Assembly (NCBI GenBank): GCA_004431415.1
Contig: QPMI01000507.1
Location: forward strand, 243,777 to 307,776
Length of the DNA stretch: 64,000 nt
Source of the DNA: Cyanophora paradoxa CCMP329
Lineage: Eukaryota > Plantae > Glaucophyta
Reading direction: 5' to 3'
How positions within the stretch are numbered: position 1 is the first letter of the stretch; each line of letters starts with the position of its first letter. This document shows, one piece after another, positions 29,116 to 41,195 of the stretch. The position numbers and the translations under genes are program-made. Under the pieces are notes generated by a model. The model had not been told where the DNA came from. It made no database searches and saw only the letters and a program-made list of their open reading frames with translations.

Positions 29116-31301
29116 ATGCCTCGACCAAGTAATCGAATTTCGAAAAATTTGCAGGATGAGATTCTTGGCTACTACATGCAAGCAAAAGTAGAAGACAAAT
29201 TGACCCGAGAGCAGGATATCTATTTCTTGAGAGAATTTACTTTCAAAGCAATTAGAATTCCAAAGTTGATTGATATCAGAGATACACTGAGAGGTATCGT
29301 AGAGCCTCGTTTGTATCGCAAGCAGGAGAAGAAGGAGAAGAGGGCTGAGAGAGCCGCTAAGAATGTTGAGAAGCAAAACAAGAAAGCGGAGCAAGCGAGA
29401 GAGCGGAAGCGCTTGACTCCTTTCCAGCAGATGATTGCTAACCTCCGTGAGTTTGTTGAAAACTCACCTGGAAACATGGTCACCCTGAATGTGAGACTCT
29501 TCCGTGAGTTGCAAGAGGGAGAACAAGCCCTGCAAATGCAAACAGGGTCACTGAGAATGGTGTGACCTACATTGAATCGAAGAGGCTTCGGAACAATCGC
29601 CCCTTTGGTATCCAGTGTACCAAGGCAGCTTTTCTGAATGCTCTCGGTCTGGTTCAATCCACCTTCAATACGTTCCCATGTGTTGAGGGGACTGTCATTG
29701 CTGAATTTATTGCAGCAGTTATTGAGTTTAACTCGACCAATCAAGATTTCCGCTACCTAAAACTAATTGAGCAAGATACCTACCCCGATATTATGACAAT
29801 TGAAAGAGTCATCACGACAGATAATGAAGAATACATCCCAAGAAATGAACAAGTCCTCAGAGACAATACAAACGCTCCAATGATTATTTCGAATTTCATT
29901 AAAAACGAAGGGAACCCCCAAGCCACCACATTCAAGGAAATGTTCTTGAAAGGTGATTCATTCAAGGTTGGGAAGTGTGTTTTCGATGTCCTCATCAAAT
30001 GGTTTGGAGGAGCGTTTGAGAAGGCTAAGACCAAAGGGAAATACAAGCGAATCGATTGGTCTTACAACGGACTCTTTAAGATGGTGAATGGGCGAGACCC
30101 TGCTGAAGGAGATGATTGGGGCATTTCTTTCAAGTCCATTTCGGAGAAGGTTCTTGACCCACTGCGTCTAGGCATGGTTACAATTGGAAAGGACGACAGA
30201 ACCCCTGTCCCTGAACTGACTTTCCTGCCCAAGACCAGGAACACACACTTGACCCCTTCTGTTGCATATGTGAAGATTGAGAATGGTCACATGTATTTGT
30301 TAAATCACAATATTAAGGCTCTCACACAGTCCTTCAATGGCTCCAAGCCAAAAGATACCAATGTTCCACTCAGTTCTCGTTACAAGATTATAAAGCAAAG
30401 AAGGTTCAAGGAGTTTGCCACAAATCCCGATGACATTCTGAGAATTGTCAGGTCTGACAATCCAAAGAACCAATCGAGCATTCGAATCTGCTATGGTGGT
30501 TCACTGGATGAACTACTCAGAGAGTTCATTGTGGTGCATAATTATCAGGTCCAACCTGGGTTCTCCCAAATCGGAAAGGCAACCCATATTCGTTTCACTA
30601 TTGACGATAAGGATGTTGTCGTGACCCCACCTGGTAACGATACAGATGTGGAAACAGCTTTCGAGATTAGCTTCAAGAATGCTGAGTACAGAGATAAATT
30701 CGAGAAACTAAATCTGGATATGTATAGGTCTCTAATCAACACTTCCAACAAGAGTACTTACAATGAGCAAACCATAAATGCATTCAAGAATGGAGTGCAG
30801 ACTGCCCTTCGTGGTCTCTTTGATGTGGATGAGGAGACCTTTGATGAAATTCGCTATAACACAGATATTTACGAGTTCGATATGTGCAAAGCATACCCTT
30901 ACATTGTAGCCTTGATGATCAAATTCGTTCCTGTTCTCAGCAAGTTCGATGTCTTCAAGAGTGTGACAATCACAGATGCAGAGCAAATCGAGGAATACAG
31001 CTTCTATTACGTGAAACTGGACGACAAATACTTTTTCAAAGCCAAAGACAAGAACGGAAAGGAGTACGAAGCAAACACCTACAACAGATACAAGAGGATG
31101 ATCATTGATTCCAAGTACAATGTCGTTCCTGGTTTGGTTCTCAAAAAGCATTTCGAGGATTTCAAGGATGACATCTCCATCAAAGCGGTTCTGCGACCTT
31201 ACAAACTCATTCCCAACCTTGCAGGCAACACAGTTGCTCGAATCTTAGATAGCGACCTCGATCCTGTTGATAAGAAGCAGATCTTGGTGAGTGCAATTGG
31301 G
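29116..31301 (+). pseudogene. 5' half of A2 PolB-helicase, disrupted by B2
   Basis: N-terminus identical to the 1014 ORF. Contains DMCKAYP. Breaks at ...LVSAIG. Frameshift near 29530. Confidence 0.85.
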
Positions 31302-32225
31302 GCTCGCATGGGGGTGGCCCCCACCAATTACGCGACCTTCCCGCGACCATTTTCAATAAGCACATTTTCAGCATCACGAATCTCAGTCACAAAATCACAA
31401 ATTCGCACTGAGCCACATTGTATTTTTCAAACATCTAACCCTTCCTTACTGAAACCAATCACGAAACCCTTTCATTCTTCATTTTTCTAATTCCTTACCA
31501 TTCCCAGTAAGCCTTTAACTTTCCCCGATCTCTCAGTAAGGACAGTAAGACCCTATTTTTTGCGTAATGTTCCTGATCCTTGTCGAACTGTTTTCAGTAG
31601 TCCAATTTGAAAAATCAAGGTGAGCCCCACCGATAGGTTAAATTAACTTATATAGTGCGTATATCCCACTTAAAGATTTCCCACTATACAAGTATAAAGA
31701 TGCCGGGTAATCAGCTCCCCTTACCTAAAAGTAAACTGTGCAATGTGTGCAAAGAGGTCAAGCCTGCATCGTGGTTCCCTTTGCGCAAGTGCAAGTCGGG
31801 AAATATAACATTATATTGGAGATGCATAGAGTGCCACCGTGACTATCAAAATGATCACTATCACAATGTCTTAAAAACGCGTCCGAAAATCGAAGTACAA
31901 TCGAAGATATGCCCGGATTGCAAGATTGAGAAGCCTGCAAGCGAGTATAATAAAAAGCAAAGTACGAAGGATGGTCTCTACTATAAATGCCGACAGTGTT
32001 ATAGTGAGACTCGGACGAGCTAATTTATGATTTTAAAATGAGATTTATATTTTTTAAAGCAAGTTTGTGCATGAGCAAGCATGCCGAAAATGCCCACCTG
32101 CACAAACTTGCGACTTCAATCGAAATGTACGAATCGAAATGTACGATTAGCATATTTACGACAAAGTACGACGATAGACCACGTTAAAATACACTCGCGC
32201 CCCGCCCACTATGCAAGATACATGC
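31302..32225. repeat. Left TIR of B2 (~925 bp)
   Basis: Reverse complement of 55198-56123. Begins GCTCGCATGGGGGTGGCC. Confidence 0.93.
31700..32023 (+). CDS. TIR-encoded zinc-finger protein
   Basis: Start MPGNQL. CNVC...CIEC and CPDC...CRQC. Confidence 0.75.
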   Translation: MPGNQLPLPKSKLCNVCKEVKPASWFPLRKCKSGNITLYWRCIECHRDYQNDHYHNVLKTRPKIEVQSKICPDCKIEKPASEYNKKQSTKDGLYYKCRQCYSETRTS

Positions 32226-32264
32226 CTTTCTTATGCATGCTCTATGAAAAATAAAAATAAACCA

Positions 32265-32573
32265 TTAAGCCAATGTGATAAGATTCGATCCAAGAGATTG
32301 GTAAGCGGTTGTTAGACATTGGATGTTTGATGTCATCGCTTTAAGGTTAGAATCACATTCGGCAAAACGTGCTACGGGATCACCATACGCCGATTGCGCA
32401 AGGACATTAACCAAGAGGTTTTTATATTCATGAACAACCGGGGACAGTTTGTTAGTTTGCTGTATTGTTTTTTCGACAGTTTGTAGTGCGGCTACAAGTT
32501 TGATGGTATCGAATGCAAGAGCAACAGGTTGAGAAGTAGTAGAAGGAGATCCACCAAGTGGATAGGTCGCCAT
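32265..32573 (-). CDS. Hypothetical helical protein
   Basis: 102-aa ORF, 3 bp downstream of the fibre gene. Confidence 0.6.
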   Translation of the reverse strand: MATYPLGGSPSTTSQPVALAFDTIKLVAALQTVEKTIQQTNKLSPVVHEYKNLLVNVLAQSAYGDPVARFAECDSNLKAMTSNIQCLTTAYQSLGSNLITLA

Positions 32574-32576
32574 TTA

Positions 32577-35500
32577 TTATACTGTGACATTTTTAATTTG
32601 GTCTATTTGATCTTGTAAACTCTTGCATTTCTGGGATAATTCTTTAACAGCTTCTATGAGAACAGGAACCAATGCTGTGTATTCAATTGCTAACAGCCCA
32701 TCCTTTCCTTTTCCAACAACTTCTGGTATCACTTTCTCCACATCTTGTGCTATCAGTCCTAAACATGTCTTACCATTTTGGGTATCCTTTTTCTTGTAAG
32801 ACACCCCTTCTAATCTTTCAATTGCTGGTAAAGCGCCTGTAAGCTTCTTAATATCTGTTTTGTATCTTCTATCACTTGCAAGGTATTGTGTCCTTACCCA
32901 AAATGTCCCCACATTATCCAATGACGCCATATCCCAATCATTTGCATCTCTCCACACACAAACATAGGTTCCATGTCCTCTAATATATGTTGTTCCATCA
33001 CTGGAAAAATAGAAACGTGAATAGCCATCTGTTGATGCTAACCATGTGTTGTGTGACCATACTGCTGTTCCTGGTTTACTAAAAACATTATCCCAACTGA
33101 TCATACCATTTGCTGGTGCTGTTCTTCCTACTTCTTTTGTCCATCCAATCATCCCAATGTGACATCTTCCCTTTCTTGCAATAAATCGAATATGTGAGAA
33201 ATTCGCACAAAAGAAGGATGTCCATGTTAACCCATCATGCCAATTTGAATCGGCTACATTTGAAATATTTTGATACGTATTTACTCTCATAATGTGATTC
33301 CATCTACCATTTCGATATCCACCAATATCAAAATATCTACAATTCGTCCAACAGAAATACTGGACATGACATGTTCGCATTCCACTGGGAACTTCAATTT
33401 GCATGTAGTCACCACTTGTGGTATCATTTTCGATGTTACTATAAAATCCTTCTACTGGATTGTCTGTTGTAGGTTTCCAACCTGTCTCCCAAGATCCTAT
33501 AAAATAAACAGATGCACTATTCCATCCTGAAACCACATCAAAACTGGTAATGTTTCCAATGGAATTTGTGACATCTGTTAATGAAAGATAGGATGTAGGA
33601 ATAGTAGGTTTACTATAAACATTATTCCAATGAATAAAACCGGTGTGTCCACCATATGAACTACTATGTGCGCGATCGTGTGTAAAACCAATTCCCATAA
33701 TGTGAACTCTTCCGACTTTTGGATAAATACGAATGTGAGTAAATCGACCGGCAAGGAAGATAGGGACATTATTAACTCCGTTGTGGTGATTGTCGCTACT
33801 GCCGTCATGTGGTTGATAGTTATTAACTCTCGTAATAAATACAACCGTTCCATTACTACGGACTCCCCAAATCTCAAAATAACGGCTATTGGGCCACGGT
33901 AAATGTGTTAGGAATGCTGTCCCATTAACCAATGCTGTGGGTATTGTATACTGAATCCATGTAGTTGAAGGAGCTGCTATATCATCGTATTCACTGTTGT
34001 ATACATAACTTCCATAATTATATCCTGGATCCCATTGCCACCCACTACCGGTTATCCAAGTTCCACTCGATAACTGATAAGCGCCACCTGCTACTGTGTC
34101 ATCAAAAGCGTAGAATTTCGGAACGTCATAACCATTTCTTTTTAATGTTGCAACATCTATGGTTGTTGCATTTATAGTAGTTCCTGTAATTGACGCCGCG
34201 CTTACACTTGTAGTAACATTTAAAGTTCCTCCTACCCATAAATTACCATTATTATATGATTTTAATAATGCTAAATCGGAGCCATTGCGAAACTCCACAC
34301 AAACATTATCAGAGTTTCCATAACCTCGAATATATGTCGTATTACCATTTCCAAACCAAAATCGTTCTATATTGTCTGTTGATTTTAACCATGTATTTGT
34401 TGGCCATGTTGCGGTTTGTGGAAGGTCTGCGGCTGAGTAAAATGATGGTTTGCTAAATATATTATCCCAAGAGATCATACCAACCTCATTGTCTGTCGCT
34501 CTCTGTCTGCTCCACCCAAAAACACCTGTGAGATGAATGCGACCTTTAACACCTTTTACAACAATCTTTTTATAGAAATCACAGTTAATAGAAGTATATA
34601 TAATAGCGTTATAGGTTCCATCTTGAATTCCGCTATCTTGTATTGCTTGATAGTGATTAACACGTTTTAGGAAATGCTGATATCCATTAACAGTTTCACC
34701 GTAAATATCGAAATATCTACAATTACGCCAATTTAAAAGTTGAATATAAAACGATTTCATACCTTCTGGAACTGTCCAACGCATAAAACAATCGCTGCAA
34801 TCTTCATCATATTGTGGTGTGGTGTAACATCCTGTTTGTCCTGTTCTTGCGACCCAATTCAAATTCCAATTATTTGCGCTTCTATCTGATGAAATCATAT
34901 CTAATTGGTCGAAATCATAACCTTTTGGAATTGTTGTTCCACCAATTTGTAAAGTGGTAGCATTCACAGTTCCTGTTACAGTTCCACCTGTGAGAGGTAG
35001 ATAATTCGCAAGAGCTGATGTTAATTCGGTATCTGTAACAAAATCTGTAACAGCTAACTGTAATTCTGTATTTGTAACATAATCTTTGTTTTCTAAGTAA
35101 TCATCTGTAACAACACCGGAAAGGGTTGTATTGTGTAAGTTTTTCGCCGCCATTCTCTGATTGACTTCTAAGGCGCCACCTGATGTCGTTTTAATCCACG
35201 CCATCTCACATTTTCCGTGATCATCTGTGGGTTGTCCCGCAACGGGAAGATAGTTAACGACTTTCTCCCTTGTGAATACTATTTTAGGTCTTGCTCCATC
35301 ATATGCGCTTTGATCTGTAACGTTTATTTGAATAGCTGCTGAAAAATTCTCTACTTGTCCTGTTTCCCCTGGGTGATAATTCGTGACATAGATACTGGGG
35401 AAAGTATCATTTACTCCTACATTAAAATCGCCATCATAAACTCCATTTACAATTGGATCCCTGGGTAATCTTACTGCAAGAGTTCCCACCATCGGTGTGC

Positions 35501-36542
35501 CTGTTTCACCTGTAAACGACCCATTCAGACTAACATAATGATCATTCAAAAATAGCCTTTCAGGTGTATTAATCGATTGGTAAAGTGTGACTCCATTAAA
35601 AACGTTTCCGATTGCATTCAATTGTGCAAAAACTGGCTGTTCGTCTATTTCGCTCCATGGGTGCCTATGGTTGCTATTGGTAATCTCTGAATAATCATGG
35701 GAGTGTTTTCCTGGTGGGAAGGTTGAGGGAGGATTTGTGATATGCTCCCATAAATGAGTATGGGCGAAATCTGTGATCTCTGACTTGGTGTGAGTGTGGT
35801 TGCTATTGGTGATCTGGGAGTAATCATGAGTGTGTGTAGCAGGTGGGAAGGTTAATGGCGGATTTGTGATATGTTCCCACAAGTGATTGTGTGCAAAATC
35901 TGTGATCTCTGACTTGGTGTGAGTGTGGTTGCTGTTGGTGATCTGGGAATAATCATGAGTGTGTGTAGCAGGTGGGAAGGTTAATGGCGGATTTGTGATA
36001 TGTTCCCATAAATGAGTGTGATCGAAGTCTGTTATTTGGGACTTCGTGTGTGTGTGGTTTTGGATCCAACCCTGAACCACATTTGAAGTAACAACAGCTT
36101 CTTTCCGTATATATATATTATTTGCACCTATTACAGGTGCTACAATGGGCACATCTGAACATACAAGGTTGCAAGTGATGGAGAATATGGTTTTAGGGGC
36201 GAATAGATTGCAATCAAAGGTCACAGTAGCTGGATCAATAGTAGGATCGACATTTGAACAGATCTGAAACATCCACCCTCCCACACAGTTGCAATTTAGA
36301 TTTCGAAAGGCTGTTCCTGCCATTGCATCCACATAGCCAATCCCATTTGCTATGTCATATATGTGACCAAACTCGTAACCAAAAATGTCATTCCACAGGT
36401 TGGAAGCCATAGCTCCCATCACATACCCTTTTAGATCTACTATCAGGTCATTGGATTCACTGGGTATATTGGCGTGGGTTATATAAAAATTATTATCCAA
36501 TACAGCATTCTTTATTGTCGTTTCTACTATGGGTTCAGTCAT
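32577..36542 (-). CDS. Fibre protein with His-rich tail repeats and C-terminal peptidase S74 chaperone
   Basis: HTHTKSEITDF repeats and three related internal domains. C-terminal SDRRYKTDI...GLIAQDVEKVIPEVV...LVPVLIEAVKEL. Confidence 0.85.
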   Translation of the reverse strand: MTEPIVETTIKNAVLDNNFYITHANIPSESNDLIVDLKGYVMGAMASNLWNDIFGYEFGHIYDIANGIGYVDAMAGTAFRNLNCNCVGGWMFQICSNVDPTIDPATVTFDCNLFAPKTIFSITCNLVCSDVPIVAPVIGANNIYIRKEAVVTSNVVQGWIQNHTHTKSQITDFDHTHLWEHITNPPLTFPPATHTHDYSQITNSNHTHTKSEITDFAHNHLWEHITNPPLTFPPATHTHDYSQITNSNHTHTKSEITDFAHTHLWEHITNPPSTFPPGKHSHDYSEITNSNHRHPWSEIDEQPVFAQLNAIGNVFNGVTLYQSINTPERLFLNDHYVSLNGSFTGETGTPMVGTLAVRLPRDPIVNGVYDGDFNVGVNDTFPSIYVTNYHPGETGQVENFSAAIQINVTDQSAYDGARPKIVFTREKVVNYLPVAGQPTDDHGKCEMAWIKTTSGGALEVNQRMAAKNLHNTTLSGVVTDDYLENKDYVTNTELQLAVTDFVTDTELTSALANYLPLTGGTVTGTVNATTLQIGGTTIPKGYDFDQLDMISSDRSANNWNLNWVARTGQTGCYTTPQYDEDCSDCFMRWTVPEGMKSFYIQLLNWRNCRYFDIYGETVNGYQHFLKRVNHYQAIQDSGIQDGTYNAIIYTSINCDFYKKIVVKGVKGRIHLTGVFGWSRQRATDNEVGMISWDNIFSKPSFYSAADLPQTATWPTNTWLKSTDNIERFWFGNGNTTYIRGYGNSDNVCVEFRNGSDLALLKSYNNGNLWVGGTLNVTTSVSAASITGTTINATTIDVATLKRNGYDVPKFYAFDDTVAGGAYQLSSGTWITGSGWQWDPGYNYGSYVYNSEYDDIAAPSTTWIQYTIPTALVNGTAFLTHLPWPNSRYFEIWGVRSNGTVVFITRVNNYQPHDGSSDNHHNGVNNVPIFLAGRFTHIRIYPKVGRVHIMGIGFTHDRAHSSSYGGHTGFIHWNNVYSKPTIPTSYLSLTDVTNSIGNITSFDVVSGWNSASVYFIGSWETGWKPTTDNPVEGFYSNIENDTTSGDYMQIEVPSGMRTCHVQYFCWTNCRYFDIGGYRNGRWNHIMRVNTYQNISNVADSNWHDGLTWTSFFCANFSHIRFIARKGRCHIGMIGWTKEVGRTAPANGMISWDNVFSKPGTAVWSHNTWLASTDGYSRFYFSSDGTTYIRGHGTYVCVWRDANDWDMASLDNVGTFWVRTQYLASDRRYKTDIKKLTGALPAIERLEGVSYKKKDTQNGKTCLGLIAQDVEKVIPEVVGKGKDGLLAIEYTALVPVLIEAVKELSQKCKSLQDQIDQIKNVTV
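35680..36060. repeat. 129-bp (43-aa) coding tandem repeat, about 3 copies
   Basis: HTHLWEHITNPP.TFPP..H.HDYS.ITNSNH unit. Period 129 (35761 vs 35890). Confidence 0.85.
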
Positions 36543-36579
36543 TATACTCTATTATGGAATACTACAAAAATTAAGGTTG

Positions 36580-39500
36580 TTACATAACGTTTGGAACATG
36601 TTCATATATTCTCCCTTCTCGCTGTGCCATTTCCGCCATAAAGTCTCTATCATTATTCATCGTTTGCTCTGCCAATTCTTGTGCTCGTGATTTTTTGGGT
36701 GCTGCCCTATTTGCTGGTGGTCGGTCAGTCCTCACAACACTAAGACCATGCCCCTCGGCTGATCTCACCTCTAACCCTACATCTCCTTCGGCTGTTTGGG
36801 TCACATTCAGCTCAGGTGTGGAGTATTTATTACCTGCTCCTGCAATGGTTCTGTCTATGCATGCACAACACAAAGCTCGGAATTTGTATGCAAGCACAAG
36901 CCCAAGAGCACCGAGAATCGGCAAGAGAATCATAAGCACTAACGTTCCTGGATCAGTTCCCGGTGCTCCGACTGGATTCGTAGGATTTGTGGGATTATTA
37001 GGTGTTGTAGGATCAGTGGTAGGTGGGGTCTGTGGGTCTGACTCATCAGGAGGCAAGTTAGGATCTGAATCTGGGGGCGGTTCCGTCGACCCTGCTAATG
37101 AGGTTGGCGCTGTGTATGCATTCGCAAACACGATAGGAGCCGTCGCTGGATTTCCTGTGGAGGATCCTGAGATTGCACCATAGGTATCTGCGAGATACTT
37201 GTATAATTCCTGTGTCACAGGTGGATTGCTCACAGATCGACACACCCAAATATTGCATGTGGTATCATAGACTGTGTCCCTGATAAAGGGCGGTAGAGCC
37301 GTCCCACTGAATGACTCAAAGAGTCCATTTCGCGATAGCAACCTATGTCCTGTATCACAATTTCCGCCCTCATAATATTTGGTAGCCGAAATCGCACCTT
37401 GCACATAAATATTGCATGTCGAGTGCAATCCAATGTTATTTAGGTTAGGAGTGTATCTGTCATCGAGCCGGACAGTGCAAACCCATGGGGAAGCGGTTTT
37501 TATATATTTCTTATCGCCCACTTCGATGACATCTGTATTTGGGTGACTGTCAATTTGGGTAGCAATAGATTCATATCTGTAAGAGTAATAAACTAAGAGA
37601 CCATCTGTGGAGGATGTAAAATAAAAGAAGTCTCTCATGAAGTCTGTGGATCCAAAGAAGTCAGCATTGGTCGATGTTAGGGTGACTTTGGGATAGCTCA
37701 TGCTGACAGTCTCAGATGGATATGGAATATAAGAGGTGTAATAGCGATTTAACAGATAATAGTAAAATCCATCTGAGACATTCGAATGAGTGGGCAAGGT
37801 GACTGTTAAGGTCTTACTGCGATCCTCAAACGTTTTCTGTATGACAATGTTGCAAGTATTAATATATCGAGAATCGAAAAAGTAATTATTTGTGACTCTA
37901 TTATCGATCAAAGTCGCATTGGTTCCATTAAATACGAAATTCTGCCCATTAATTCTCGTAGTATGAATGTCGGTAACATCGAGAGGATACCTTATTTTTA
38001 ATCGGTCTTCGGGGTCAAATCGCGGAATAGTTCCTGTTGCCTTCCAACTCACAGTGAAGGGAGGAGAAAGGGAAACTGCTGGGATAACAGAGAGATTAAA
38101 TTTCGCAAAATACAACCCAACAGGGTATGATGTCAGAGCATATGTCACTGTTGCATTTCCGACAAGTGTGAAGCCGGTTGTTGTTATATTTGTGGCGACG
38201 AATGGAGAGTAGCCTGCTGGTGCATTTTGAAGTGATGTAGCCTGCTGGTGATAGGATTATAATAAGTAGTGTGATCCACCAATGAAACAGTGGGTATAGT
38301 CGTCTCGAAACCTGTGACACCCAACTGATCCCAAGTGAATGTATATGTAGGTTTGCCTACGTAAGCGACATAGACCCCATTTGCGAGCTGCTGAGGGTAT
38401 CCCTCGACAGTGTAGGTCTCAGTTTGCGAAACCGAGCGGGAAAGGTTACTATTATAGTCGGTGTAGCTGATCAGTGCATTATCATTGGTAAGAATCTGAT
38501 TAGGTCGGAGTGAGTGATTTAATGGAAGGATTAAATTGGAGGCAAACATGGAAACTCCATGCACCTCTGACCATCTCAGATTCGAGAGACCAACTCGGTA
38601 TGTGTTATCGATAGAAGGGTAAATGTTCCTTTTTGAGAGAATGTGAGCCAAAGAAATTGCAAGCGCTCCATCTGCTGCAAACAGTGCATTAATTTCGGAT
38701 TGCAAAGCCGCGATTTCGGTTGTGTGGGTCGTGAGGGTTCCATCCTGGCTGGAATCTTTGGTGTTCTTGCTCCTTTCAAACTCCAAAAACGCCTTTACGA
38801 TGTCCTTGCCTAAAAGATCGTTTATATTGTCTCTGGTAATGTAAACATGATCTGTTCTCAGTGCCTGTTTCTCTGTGGTAAAAGCCGGAATCTCCTCTGC
38901 AAATGATATAGTCGTTTTATCAAGTGCTAAGGATCTCACATTCGGAGCATTGGCGCCAATTATATCCACAACGTTCCCGTTTTCGACAATTTCTAAGGTC
39001 GGTTTCGCGGGGTCTAATGTGAAAACGCCCTCTGTAATCTGGGGAACCGATTCGCTCTTCTGAATCACAAAGGATTCGATGTTTAGGTTACAGGTTGCGA
39101 CATTGGTGGCGAAAAACGACTCGGAGTTGAGCGAGTTTACATTTAGGGTATCCGTAGTGATGTTACTTGCTGTAATGTTACTCGTCGTAAGATTACCTGC
39201 TGAGAGATCATGGACGACCTCTACCTTTGTTTTCCGTGTGGATACTCCCGCTATAAGTGTGCTATTATCCACGATTCTCATAGCTGCATTTTGGAAACCG
39301 CTCTCATCTTGAATGAAGAAGTTTAAGCGACCTCTATCGAATGCTTTTGGGATGTTCCTGCGATTATATCGCACCGTTTTCGGTAGCTGGCGGGTTGCCT
39401 GAATGCTGGCGACTCTGTTTCGTTCGTTATCATCAAGTAAAAAGTCGATTCCAAGTTTATGATCCCCTTTCTCGACGTTCATTAACTGCAAAGCTGCGGG

Positions 39501-39653
39501 TCTGCTCGGTGTCCCACTGACTGGATCTTCGCGGTCTGCATTGTAATTTATTCTCAGAGACCCGCGAATTTCAGTGTTTACCTGATCAGTGTCCTCTATC
39601 TGAGTGGTCGAATTAATAACTCGTGCGTCTGGTCGCGGATTCAGGAACGACAT
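36580..39653 (-). pseudogene. B2 copy of fibre-like gene with internal frameshifting deletion and C-terminal transmembrane extension
   Basis: Matches 6590-9757 minus 7705-8351. Ends in a Pro/Thr linker, a hydrophobic segment (LVLMILLPILGALGLVLAY) and a tail. Confidence 0.75.
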
Positions 39654-39696
39654 CCTCTTTATAAACAAAGAAGATATATAAGAAGTATATAAGATA

Positions 39697-41188
39697 ATGA
39701 AGACCGTTTTATGTCTGAGTGGTGGAGGGTCGCGTGGAATAATCGAGGCTGCTATACTGGCACAGATTGAAGCCCAAACCGGTAAACGAATCCAACAGCT
39801 ATTCGACTGCTTTGCGGGAACATCCACAGGTGGATTAATCGCGCTCCTTTTGAATATCAAGGGAACCGATGGCGCCCCTAAATATACTGCTACTGATATT
39901 CTGGCGCTCTACAAAGCGAAACTACCGCTGATTTTCGCGAATCCACGAGTGCTTACATCGATTGTGCAACGCCCCAAGTATGAAGCCACGAATTTAGAAG
40001 CTGTGGCTCTGGAACTCTGCGGCTCAGCGACTATGGCGGATCTCTATAAACCCACCATCGTGACTGCGTTCGACACGGTTCAAATGTCCCCGTTTTTATT
40101 TCAAGCAATGATGAAGATATTAATGGGATGCTTGTGCGCGATGCTGCAAGGGCTACCTCGGCTGCTCCGACCTATTTCGAGCCGAAACAAGTCACAGTCG
40201 CCGGAAGAACATACTGTTTAATTGATGGTTGCATGAGTGGAAATAATTCGCCCGGGTTTGCGGCTACACATTCGCCCGCACTTTATTCGGAAACTCTTGC
40301 GAGGAGGAGCTTATCGTGGTCTCGATTACGGCGGGTCACGTCCAAGACTCTGATAAGGCGACATCTGGATATTCGTACGACACTATGAAAAATTGGGGGA
40401 TCGTGCAATGGATGCTAAGCGCCACAGGATCGCCAATTCTCAGCATGTTCTTAGAGTCGAGTGATCTAAACGCCCACGTAAAGCTACTGGAACTTTTACC
40501 CAGAAACGATGATCAGAATTACGATCGCTACTATAAGCTGAGCGTTCCTTTACCGAAAGATAAAATGACCCTCGATACTATCACAACGAGTCACCTGCAA
40601 TATTTGGAAACGGAAGCGCTCGCGTTTGTTTCCGCACAGCAAACGTATTTTAATGCGATGTATTCAGTGCTGACGATGAATATATCAGAGGGAGACGTTC
40701 CCATTATTAATCTGTCCGGGTGCACAGATGTAAGCGCACCCCCGGAGTCTAACTGGGTGCCGCTCGATAATAGCGCCTTTATTGCGGAATTTGGCACAGC
40801 TTCTGATGCCCGCTGGTCAAATGCTACGGGGTGGGTGGGATTTACTAACCCGCCGCAAGGTAGTAGGTCGGGAGGCAATTATTTACGCATTGATTTTCCG
40901 CGTCTGTTTATGCTTTCCTCTATAAAAATGAAGCCGGCTGCAAATGGAAACTACATTAAAACGTTTGAGATCGATTACCAATTAACTCCGGGAGTTTCGG
41001 CACTTGTCACATACACAGAAGCCGGCGCGACGAGAGTGTTCACCAATGCAAATCAAATAGCCGAAAGTGCTGATCCCGACGAACATTTCTTAGCGAACCC
41101 GAGATCTGTGAGAACCCTCGTAATCTGGGTGCTCACGACGAACGTAGCTTCGGCATGCCGAATAGATTTCGAGGGCTACTACGTGTGA
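39697..41188 (+). CDS. Patatin-discoidin fusion (two homopolymer frameshifts)
   Basis: Near-identical to 9801-11294. One base missing near 40090 and one near 40255. Confidence 0.8.
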
Positions 41189-41195
41189 ACAGCGC

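Noticed and set aside
31302-31490. C-terminal tail ARMGVAPTNY... of ORF 29562-31490 (and GSLGGQPHQ... of 26155-26532)
   Set aside because: Read-through into TIR sequence after the insertion point, not native protein.
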